Assembly (NCBI GenBank): GCA_009103225.1 | Contig: RHPI01001831.1 | Span: 13,102 to 77,101, forward strand | Direction of reading: 5' to 3' | Source of the DNA: Chlorokybus atmophyticus | Taxonomy: Eukaryota; Plantae; Mesostigma and Chlorokybus algae | DNA: 64,000 bases | Part shown: positions 35,372-46,772 of the stretch, piece by piece | How the letters are laid out: every line of letters begins with the position of its first letter | Numbering within the stretch: the stretch's first letter is position 1 | Notes under the pieces: generated by a model | What the model saw: the letters and a program-made list of their open reading frames with translations, nothing else | Databases searched by the model: none | What the model was told of the DNA's origin: nothing | Made by a program: the position numbers and the translations under genes

Positions 35372-35960
35372 NGTTGTACTCTGTTTCAAGCTAGGTACCA
35401 TACATGTTAAGAGCGGTACACACAGGTGCAGCGCATTGGTCCAGCTTGTAACAGAACAGATTAGTGTGTGTGGCATGTGGTGTGAGTGCGCGAGCAACTG
35501 GCGCTTTGATGTACCTTTGAACATTTGTGTACAGTAGAGACTCGACTTTACAGACTGCAGCTGTGAGTGAAACACATATCTCAGTTTAGTGAGCACAGTT
35601 TGTTCGTGTTACGCTCAAATTGTTTGAATTCGTCATCTTTTTTGCAGCTACAATCTCCCTTCTGGACAGCAGGGTCTTGAACAGTGATGGCATTGCAGAT
35701 CACGGAATTGTTTGCAGAAGAAGTCTGCTGTTGTTACGGACACTGGAATGCAGTGCCCAACTGTAACGCCCAGCTTATAGCTCTGTAAGTGCTGCTACTC
35801 GAATGCATCTGCTGGTCTGCAAAGTTCTTGCAGGTAGCGACGCTCTAAGATGTACGCTTTGTTGCAGCAAGTCAGTTTGGTGCTGTCTGTTGTGGTAATA
35901 AACACCGACGCAGCAATAATACTCAGTTGTACCAGTCTAAACAGAAGAATATTAATTTCG

Positions 35961-38900
35961 TCAACAGGCCATGACATCAAACGGTTCAAATGTCGACTTG
36001 AACTTCTCAGCTAACCGCTCCTCCTCGGCCTTATCTATCCTGCACGCCTTCCAGTCGGCCCTCTCGGGCATGTTCAACATCTCCGCGAGCACGTCCCGCC
36101 CGAACTGCATCGGAAAACTCTTCTCTCCGTGCTTGATCATATGAACCAGCCGCGTGCCATCAGGCAACCTGCACATGAAGATGGGGCAGTTGATGCGGTG
36201 CTATTGGTTACGATGCAGCCGCTCGCACACACGCACACGCGCGTCCGTGCGCAGTGCATGCACCATGCAACACACGACAGACAGTCGCACAACCACGAGC
36301 TCAAGGGGTTGCATGATGCATGAAACATACTCAGCAAGGAAGTACTGTGCGCCAGCGCCGCCCGCAGCTTCCAGCAAATCGCCATCTTCACTTAGCGCCT
36401 TGGCGTGGGTTGATGACTTCTGTGGCAACTCGACGAATGCAAATCCTGCCCTCTCTGCATGGCTGTCCAGTACACGCCTAGCGAATGCCCTGGCCTCCCG
36501 TGAAATGGGGCAGACCTGTGCAATGGCATTTAACAATCCAATACATTCATGCCGAATACGTTGCTTACATGATTCACACGATGTGTACACACATGTGCAT
36601 GCCGATTTGCATAGAAACCAGGGCCATAATCATGTTACAGCAATGACTCCTTGCCTGGACATGACAGTGCGTTCCAGCTCGCAAGTTGAGGTACCGCTCA
36701 AAAACAAAGATGTCTTTTCCAACAGCCGCGAAGCATTTCCGCAGCGCCTCCTTGTATCTCTCAACTTCTTGCCCAATCGCCGGCGGCAACTGTCGGTTGT
36801 ACCACACAATCAGCGGTGTACACGCCAATACACGTAGTCACAACAGTCACCTGCAGGCATGATGGGAAGTGCTCTATAGGGAGTAACAACACGTGCTCGG
36901 GTAAGATGCCGCCCTTCGCCAGCGCCAAATAGCAATCGGTGCCGACCGACACCACCAGATGCGTCTCGGCCTCTGAACTCGACAGGCAAAACCAGCAGGG
37001 GCCTGGAGGCTGGTGTTGCCTCGCTGCCAACGTACAAATCTCGGTATTAGGCACAGGTGCAATGACAACTTTAGCTAGATAATGCACGCACTCTCACACG
37101 CGGGTGTAGGTGTATGTGCATGTGTATGTGTATGTGGATGTGTATCTATAGCAGCATGTGTGCACGCACACACTCATGCGCGCACACATGCGCACATTGT
37201 GTCATACCTCCGCTATGTTGCGCTGCATTCAAGTCGTGCGAGTAGCGACAGCTGTCGCCGCGTGTGCAGCTGCCTTTTTGGAACTCGAAGCAGACTTTGT
37301 TCCTGCCGGGTTCACCGCTGCCGGCATCTTGCATGCTATGCGAGTACCGACAAGAGTCGCCTCGTGCGCAGCGACCCTTCTGAAAGTCGAAACAAACCTA
37401 CCACAGTGCTGGTGAGCATGAAGCAATAGTACACATGCAGTTGCGCACATGCGGATGCAAAGTTTACATAAATACGCCTGTGTACTTATGTGCGCACGCG
37501 CTAACACGTGATCTGTAACGTCATGTTTTTTGTTGGTAACCAGTGGAGCACGCGTGCATCTGTATATGTGTGCATCCATGTGCACGTGCGCATTCGCACA
37601 CAATGTGTTTGCCTACTTGTTGGCATGAGCACGTGCGCACGAGCGTATCAGAGGGTTGTCTGCAGTTATGTACGTGCGTGCCGACGTGTCTATAAACACG
37701 CGGGCTGTGCGTATATCTATAACACATCGCCACGCACATACATGTACTGCGTGCATAAGCACGCAAAGCACACCGACACATCGCCAACCCTCCATAGCAA
37801 CAAAAAGCAAGTCATCTCACTCACTTTGGCTTCGGCTCCATCCGTCCTCGCCCTCTTCGCCCCCGTCACATCATATCTCCAGCTCTGCGTCGCATTTCCC
37901 TGCTGCTCTTCCGCAGCGATGGCGCGGAACCGCCCCGCCTTGCCCACGGCCTCCTCGTGTGCAACCTCCTCGCGGTATGGGTTGGACGTCGTGTTGGGGG
38001 GACGAGCGGAGAGGAGGGAGGAGTCCATGGACTCGGCTGATGTTAAAGATAAGGCGTGGAGGTACTTCTGCGGGGAGACAGAGTGAGCAAGAGGTGTGCA
38101 CGTGCGTGTGGGTGGGTGCACGTGCACGTGATAACTATTACGCAAGTGTGATCGCAGCGTACGAGGGCTGTACTTGTTTCTTGTCGTTGCCGACGTCCGC
38201 GAGCGCTATGAAGCGCGTGACGTGGCCAATCGCGTTGGCGTACGGCTCGCGCGCGTAGAACACCCCTTGTCTCGCTGCCACGTGGTACCTACGACATAAT
38301 CACACGAGACATTGTTGTTATGATAACACTCAACACCAGATGGCGTTACTGCAATCTACACGTGTAGTCATCATGCAGGATGAATGAATGCCAAGTATGA
38401 GTCGAACGATGCATGATGGTGCACTTTACCGTGGCTGGACTCTCAAGGCAGCATCCGCCACCACTGCACTGCCACAGTCTGCTGGCACACCTTCAGGGAG
38501 GGCCACACCTGCAAACACAACACACACATCAAGCAAGTTGCAAAACCTGAAGTTGATCTCATACCATGCACATCAACCACAAACAGTACGAGCATACTTG
38601 TGTTCTGGTGAGATGGCATGAGACAAAAGCATGTACAAGACTGTGTTTACAACAGGGTGAATGTTGAGACAAGCAACACATGTATGCAGACTGTCACGGA
38701 CAGCAACTCACCCTTGCAGACGCCTTGGGGCCACTCATCCGTGAGCAACAGATCAACAATGCCTTCCGCAGCAGCAGTTATCACCACTACAGCGTCAGAT
38801 TCAGCTGTGTTTCCGCCTTCACTTGCTGCCAAGTACGCCACTCGCAAACCTGCAGCAATAGACACTATACTTGTTAATCAAGCGCATTACAACATGAGGG

Positions 38901-40444
38901 GGTGCATGCATGCATGCGCAACTGTGTGCGCATGTGCAGGCGCGAGCGGGCTTGTCTATGTGTGTGTGTGTATGTCTGCGCGCGTGCATGCGTGCGCGCG
39001 TGTGTGTATATGTGCGAGTGTAAGTGTGTGCGCGCGCATGTGTGTGAGGGTAAGCGCGCATGCACGTGTGCACGTGCACACTTGCAGATGTGTGCATGCA
39101 CGCATGCCTGTGTGTTTACAAAGCATGCACTTGCGCATGTTCTGGGTATGTGCGAATAGTGCATGATGAAACAACAGCGTTTACCGTGGAGTTCACGCAC
39201 CCCGGCGGTTCCCAACGGACGCACGTTGGGGCAGTGGACAGGCGTGGCGGCCTCTCCAACAAAGTACAAAGGAATAGGCAGTGACTCCTCCGCTGCACAA
39301 CACACAGAAGCAGCGGTTTCATACCTGCATTGGTGCAGAGCCTTGACACGACTCTGCAACCCAATCTTCGTACCCATGCAAAGCACTCACAAAGCACAAA
39401 AGCACTCGCAACGGCATACGTGCACGAACATGCAATTGACAAGTAAGTCAGATGAGTGAGTGAGCGAGCGAGTAATTTAGTGAGTGCATACATGCACGCA
39501 CGCAGGCGAGTGTGAGTAAGTGCATGCACAATCACCTGCTTCGACTAAACTCACCTGTTCCATCGGCGTACGGCCTCAGCACGGCTTCCGCGTCCGCCCC
39601 GCCAAAGAAGTCGCCGACGCAGATGGCACAGTCGAAAGGGCCGTTTGACTTGTTCACCTGTTAAGCACATCGTCGCACAGAAGTCACAACAGCACAATGC
39701 CATCCCTGCTGTCCGTGTGCTTCCTCTCAGAGTAAACACAACAAGTTGTATATAGAACAACCCTGTGACTTGTAACCTGAAATCACATGTTTGCAAGTGA
39801 CAAAGCACAGCATGCGGGCCATGAGCATGGAGTCAACTTAGCTGAAGATTATGCTTGCAAGACGACAATGAGCGCCATCATAAAGCAGAGGTGTGCAGTT
39901 GCAGGGTGCAAGCTGTGAAGTGCGAGTAGCGTATGACAAAAAAACTCTACTGCAGCATTAAATAGTTGGACGCTCCACATCTGCGTGCTGCTAGCTTAGC
40001 TTAGCTTAGCTAAGCCGTGCTTAGCTGAGCTTGTAGAAGCGAAAGAACAGCCTGCTTGCATTACAATAGCAGAGACACCACAGCAACAGTAACAGCGAAC
40101 CATATTGAGTATGAATACAATATTCTAGCAAGTAAGCAAGCATCGTCACCGTCACCAGTAACATTGAACCTTGAAAATGGCTAACAGCGACAATCATGCA
40201 AGCTCACATATTGCATACTTGCTCACAAATTGCATGCTTGCTTACATACTTGCAAGCATGCAAGGGAGCATGCATGAGTAATCAATCAACCAAGAAATCA
40301 GTACTGGTAGCTGCCAGCTGCACAAACACACACGCTTACAGCAGCTAGTCGCTTGCACAGCTGCGGCAGCCTGCCCCGCACGTCCCCCACAAGCAGCACC
40401 TTCGCCCCGGCCCCCGCCGCCGCCGCCGCCGCCGCCGCCGCCAT
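35961..40444 (-). CDS. CWF19L1: CWF19-like protein 1 (metallophosphoesterase-like N-terminus, two CCCH fingers, CwfJ C-terminal domains); about 11 exons
   Basis: [12 protein letters not shown]|[18 protein letters not shown]; DLLLTDEWP; [16 protein letters not shown]; two [17 protein letters not shown] fingers; [15 protein letters not shown]; [10 protein letters not shown]; FGRDVLA..WKAC..FEPFD; consistent splice phases. Confidence 0.93.
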
Positions 40445-40582
40445 GGCCACCGCCCAGGCAAGCAACCATGATCACAAACCATGAGGACACACTTGCCTTG
40501 GGTGCAGCAGCAGGCGGCGGCGGCGGGCGACAAGGCGGCGGAGAAGCAGGCGGAGGTGGGGGAGGAGGGCTTGCTCAGGAAC

Positions 40583-42929
40583 ATGTACAAGAGGAAGAAC
40601 ACGGTGCTGGACCGTGCCGCCGCCGCTGGGCGACGAGGCGGAGGAGGCGACAGCAGCAGCAGCAGCAGCGACAGCGAGGCTTCCTCAGGCAAGCAGCAAT
40701 GTCCTTCATGCTGTCGTTGTAATCTTCATCCTTGTGGTTGTGTGTTCTGTATTTTGTTCAACCCGTATTGTCAACCGCGGCACACAACCAGCAAATTCAT
40801 GCATGCCAATAGCTGCCGTGCCTTGAGAGCAATCGAGTGCATTATGTAACAAAGTGACGAACTCATTCACTCAAAGCCCAGAACTAGTAAGGTTGACGGA
40901 TAACTGAAAGACAAGTAGTAGGAGCAAGATGACACAAAGCGAGTAGCAGCAATCACGTTGTTGGAATCTTTCAAGCTGCTGCCAGTCTGCAGCTGCTTGC
41001 ATACCTTGACAGTTCAAGCACCCTGAATACATACACTTGATTTACTCAAATACAGCATGAAATACAATACTTGGCTTTCCTTACACTGCAGTCGCGAAAC
41101 ATATTGTGCTGCACTCTTTCATCACTCCCTAGAATAAAGGTGTCGTTTAGAATGCTGAACTGGTTAAGAGCAGACTCTGAGGTGGACGAGCAGCAGCAAG
41201 AGGAGGAGGAGGAGGTGACAAGTCCCGACGAACAAGAAGAAGATGATGAAGTTGATGAAGAAGGCAATGGTAATGCCCAAATCGATGACGACGACGACGC
41301 AGATGACGATGCTGGTACGCAACAGTTGTTGCAAGCAGAGTGCCCAGTCCTTTCCCATAGTACATACTCTTACCTCATTGTGGTTGTTTTAAGCTTGTGC
41401 ATGCGCCTGCGCGGCTGCGCGTGGGCATTCAAACATGCGCGCGTGCGTACACAGGTGGTACGAGGAGAAGCCTACAGATGCCCTCAAGTTCAGAAGACGA
41501 CGCCAATGATGACAGCGGTGAGGACGACTCCGACGTCGATGACGACGGCCTCAACGACGATATCGAGTTGCTGGAGCGCACCCGCGAGCGCATCGCGGCC
41601 TCGTTTGGCGCGGAGGCGCTCGATATCGTGCAGATGACCGGCACAAAGAAGAAGGGCGGCGCGGTGTGGCGGTGCCGCGTGTGCCCGGGGGTGCTGTGTC
41701 TGTCTGAAGAGAGCATGCAAGCACACCTGACGAGCAAGGTAGAGTGTGTTGGTTGTTGTGTTGGACAGATGGGTTACATGAGGTTGTGAGGTGTTGTTGT
41801 GTGAGCAGCGAGTTTGTTTGTTTGTGGTAAGTGATGAAATTGCACTATGTGTGGTGCGAGCACTGCATGCACACATGTGCTACTCCTGGGGTATATGCAA
41901 GAGCGCGTGTGCACGTATGAGTGCATACTCCGTTCTGCAGGTGTAGTGTGTGTGCTTCTGCATGCGTCTGTGCACTTGCGCCCGCTTCATTGTGTGTGCA
42001 CGCTTTTATGTGTGCGTGCACATGCATGCGTGTCTATGCGTGTCTATGTGTGCATACACATGCGAACCTGCCCTTAAAAAATTCAACGAACATGTTGCCG
42101 TTGCCAGCGTCATCTGCGGTCTATAAAGAGCGGCGGGCCCAAAGAGGAGGAGGCCGAGACGCACGCAGACCGCCTCGCACGCACAAGACAACTTGAGGCA
42201 AGCTACGTGTCAATATAGCGTGCAGCACCTGTCATTAAAAAAGCCACAAGTTGCATGCAAACGATGCGCGTACTTCTACTACTGCTATCAACTTACAGGC
42301 AATCAATGGTTGTACAAATGCAGACATTGCATACAAGCCTACTGTTTATATTGTCACGTTGTTGTTGTCATTGTTGTGTTCGTCATTAAAAGGTGGTGAT
42401 GGCAATCCAACATACCATTTGTCCCACAGAATGCACCCGCGGTTGAAGCAAGCAAGCGTAGACGCGGTCAAGGCCGCCAGAGACAACGCAAGAGGGCACT
42501 ATTGAAGGTACGGATGACAGCCTTTTGTTCCCCATCTCTTGTTTTGTTGTAACTCCCAAACTTCCCTTTCATGTTACGTGCACAAGTAACACAACTTTGT
42601 TTCATGCATTCTTGTTGTGCAGTAAACTTGACGACTACACGTCGTGTTGTCACAGTGAGCGGTCTGTTCATGGTAGCCATGCTAACGCTTTCTCCCCGTG
42701 TCTTTTTATTATGCAGAAAGCTGGTGTGGAAGAGACGCCTTCAAAAGCTGATGAAGTCAAGCAAAAGAAGGCCACTCCAAAGCCCAAGAAGCCGCGTGAT
42801 AAGCCCACTGCGCAGACACATAAACAGAGTAGCAGCAAAGTTACTGGGGAGGTCAAGAAAGGCCAAACGCCCAAGACAGATGGCAACGCTGTAAAAAGGC
42901 GCGCGAAGAAATCTAAACTTTCACTGTAG
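40583..42929 (+). CDS. Acidic protein with a C2H2/U1-like zinc finger and basic tail (nuclear or nucleolar by composition); about 6 exons
   Basis: MYKRK.., D/E-rich exons, WRCRVCPGVLCLSEESMQAHLTSK|RHLRS, ETHADRLAR, Lys-rich last exon ending in TAG; two GC donors. Confidence 0.8.
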
Positions 42930-43283
42930 CAAGGGTCTGCCATTTGCTCTCGCGTGCGTGCTTGTAAAAATCTATTTGCAAATGCACACACGCAAGGTAG
43001 TGCAAAACACACGAGCAAGCATGCATGTGTGTCCGCCATGCGTCTGCAAAGATGCGGTATGCCGCCGCCCAGTCTGATCCAACATGTGACCCACTCATGA
43101 AATGCACAGAAGGTCAAGTCAATAAAGGTCAGGCGATATAAGAAGCTGTACTGCTGATGGTACAAATCCAATTGACTTTTTTGCGAAATCTTACATCGTT
43201 CGGATGCAAATCCACTATGTACAGACTACCAGACAGCTGTGCATACCGCTGCGGTTAGCGTAAGCAACTTAGTAAGCTTCGTG

Positions 43284-45915
43284 TCATATGTTGGATTGAG
43301 AAGAGGAGCGTAAATGCCAGTCGAACGGCCCGCTCGTGCTCGTGATGTGCGCCTCGTTCAGAAACGTCTCCTGATCGCGATGCGTGGTGGTCAAGTAGAA
43401 GCCCCAGTGATAGTGCGCTCGTATCCTGCACGCCACAACACGTGCCACATTTGAGCAAGCTCCTTGCGCTGTGTCATGATAATGCAGTTATTGGGAGATC
43501 CAAGAAAGTTGGTGTAATACTGTGCGACCAACTACAGACTGTGCAATGTGTCTCACCGTGAGTCTATGTATGCACGTGTGCACGTGCGTGCATGCGTGCG
43601 CATGAGAGTGCGTGCATGCATGCATGCATGCAAGCGCTCGGCGGGTGTATGCGCACGCATGTGTGTGTGTGCTTACCACAAGAAGAAGGACAGCAGGATG
43701 AGGCCGGACATGATGCCCGCAATGGACGGTTGGCTGAACTGCATCCATGAGATGGTCACGACGTTTGCCATGAAGCACGGCACCGCTATTGAGAACAGCC
43801 GGAAAGCAAAGCGCCAGTCGTCTTCGCACCTGCATAGCACACAAAACGAAACATGCCATGTAAAGTTGGGCTGCTGCACACCACCGCACAGTTTGCATTG
43901 ATAATGAGTATGAAGTGCATGGTATTGTATTAGCTGAAAAGGGTCGAACATTGTGTAAGTCAAGTTGTGTACCCGCAGTAATACACGCACACAAACATGC
44001 ATATTTAGTGTACACACAGGAGCACCATGCACACGCATGCGCACAAAGACACGCACACACATTTGACGCGCGCGCGCGCATCCACCCGCACACGCTTGCA
44101 CTCGCACGCACACGCGCACACACGCACACACACACACCTCAGCTGCCAGTGCATCTGGAACGTCCTTTTCGGCGCGGGCGGCCTGTCTCTTTCGGGGTCT
44201 CTGGGTCCGAGCGCGAACCGTCGGCACCGCATCATGAACTCCTCCTCCGCGGCCTCCGAGACGTACGTCTGGCCGTTCTTCAACACGGAAGCGAGCATGA
44301 GGGTGGTGGTCATGAGAGAGGTGGTCATCAGGGAGACCTTAGGATAGGAGGTGTGTGAGAAGAGTGGAGAGAATGATGAAGGCAGATGTACGCAAAGCAT
44401 TCAGAAACACGCACCGCTACGAGGAATATGACTGAAAAAAAAGGACAACGTCTCGCTTGCATGCATGCACACGCACATGCGATGTCTAACGACGAGACAC
44501 ATATATACGCTTGCGAACGGATGCATGCATACACATTGGATGCACAAGCTGTGGGCGTTGGACACAGGCCACAAAACAAAACAACGCTGCCACACAAGTC
44601 TTCATCACTCTACTGCACTTACCACAAGAGCTGTGGATATCCCATAAGCTGCAAGAAGCGCCTGCAGCACGGTTCGCATGGGTTCAATGAGACAAGCTAT
44701 GTGGAATCCCAACAACAAGGGATGTTGTGGTGTTGTTGTCACACTCACGAGGGACAGCGTGCGGCCCTGGAAGTTGAGCTGCGTGAGGGCGGTGAGCTGG
44801 AAGCCCGCGAAGAGCGCGGCCAGGTTGGAGAGGGACCTCAGCTGCTCCGACTTCTCCTCCACGTCCCGACGGTTCTTCTCAACAAACCTGTGATGTTTGT
44901 GTGTATGCGTGTGAGCACGCGCGTGCGAGCGCGCGTGTGCACGTGTGCAAGTGTGCAAGTGTGTACGCAAGTGTGCGTGTATGTGCACGTGCATGTGCGT
45001 GTACCCACGTGTGTGCGTGCGTGTGCATGTTGATCACACGATACTGCTATCAACCCAAGATGTGAGAGTCAGTAGTAGCAACCACATGGGCGATGCATGC
45101 ACGAGGAGCGCACCGGTTCCACAAATAGCGCGCATTGTCGGCTTCTCTCTGCTCCCAGTCCAGCCCTCGCCATCTGCCGCAAACACAACACAACAAAACA
45201 AACAGAATCAGGTGCATGTTTGTGAAGTAACCCAAAGTCAACACTCCCTGCGCAGCAAAAGAAACTGAGACAAGAATTCACTGCTGTTTCAAGCAAGCTG
45301 TTGCATGCAACAGAGGCTGCAAGTGACAAACCCGGTGGTGATTTGAGTTTTCAGCTTGGCATGAAGTGCAGACATGCACGCACATCAGCAGGCACGCATT
45401 GACACACATAAATAGTGGTTCACGCACGCACGCACCACTCATTCACACTAAGTGTGGGTGAGCGAGCGAGCGAGCCAGTGAATACTCGCTCACTGGCTCA
45501 CTCGCTCGCACCCACACTTAGTCAGTCACATTCTCACTCACCTTCGCTCTTCTTCTCTCCATTCTCTCTCCTCCTGTCTGTTGCGCCTCTTGTCAAGCGC
45601 CTCCTCTAGCTCCTCCTTCTCCGCATCGCCTCCTGCACCTCCTACGCCTACAGCCTGAGCCTCATAGTAGGACTCTGAGTCCGAGAAATACTGCTGCTCC
45701 CCTCCAGCGCTGTGGTAACTCTCTCCGCCTCCTCCACCCAATCCTCCTCCTCCTCCTCCTCCTCCTCCTCTTCCTCCTCCTCCTCCTCCTCCTCCTCCTC
45801 CTCCTGCTGCTCCGCCTCCTCCACCTCCTCTTGGTGGTCGTCCACTTCCGCCTGCTTGCCCGTTAGAGTAGTAGTAGCGGTCTATCTCGGGTGAGACCCA
45901 GCGCCGGTCGGCCAT
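43284..45915 (-). CDS. ORAI: Orai (CRAC-channel)-like membrane protein, algal type; 7 exons
   Basis: Exons join in phase: WREEERR|WRGLDWEQREADNARYLWNR|FVEKNRRDVEEKSEQLRSLSNLAALFAGFQLTALTQLNF..SL|ALLAAYGISTALV|VSLMTTSLMTTTLMLASVL..|CEDDWRFAFRLFSIAVPCF..|IRAHYHWGF..PFDWHL; four hydrophobic segments. Confidence 0.8.
45740..45830. repeat. (GGA)n coding repeat (poly-Gly) in Orai exon 1
   Basis: Direct reading of (TCC)n on the + strand. Confidence 0.9.
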
Positions 45916-46464
45916 CAGGCCATTTGACTACTGAACATGCGCGCTCAGCTGGGCGGCGTGCTTTGGCGTGGCCTGGTCTGGTCTGGCCCGAGCCAGGCCG
46001 ACGACGCACGGCTAACGGCGAGGACTTCTGGGAGAGTGAAGTGTGCCCGCGGTCTACCGTTGCCGTTCCCTGTGTAACACGAATGTCTCCTGACAACTGC
46101 TGCAACTGATGTGTTGACTATTCAACGCTCACTGAACACAAAGATTACAGGTACAATCAATGCGGAAGGCAATTGCACATGCGCATGCACATGATTGTGA
46201 ACGATGCTTCACACATCACGTTTAGAAACAATACTCTGAGCTTCGCTTTATGAGTCACAAACACTGTATGACATCTGCAAATGATGCGAGTACAATCATG
46301 CAGCCAACATTCAGGTGCAGCCAGTGCACCCACGTAGCTAATCACATCGTTGGCTACTATGTTGACGTGCGGTTGCTATGATTGTTCCCATTTCGTCATT
46401 GTCAGGCAGTCACTCTGCTGCCCCGCCTGTGACAAACAGCATGCTCATGGAAGTGATGCAGCAT

Positions 46465-46501
<37 letters not shown>

Positions 46502-46772
46502 CACCGGCACTGCAGCCACTTCTAAAGCGCTATTTCTTCCACGCTGCCACACAAGTGCCTAAAGCTGGAGAGTGCAAAAGCCTACGCAGCACTGCCAGCA
46601 CTCGCAGTCGTGCATGTCATCGATGGCCATCGCCGCTCAACACTTGTCAACTGGCAGCTAGCACAAAGATCGACACCACAACCACGGACAACAGTAGCGC
46701 AATGGCCAACTGCACAGCGGCAGAGCTGGCTGGCACTTGTGAAAGATGTTGACACTGATTTGTACCACAATT

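Noticed and set aside
37000-45100. Many Cys/Val- or His/Thr-rich ORFs in the six-frame track
   Set aside because: They are translations of GT/CA-rich intron sequence between conserved exons.
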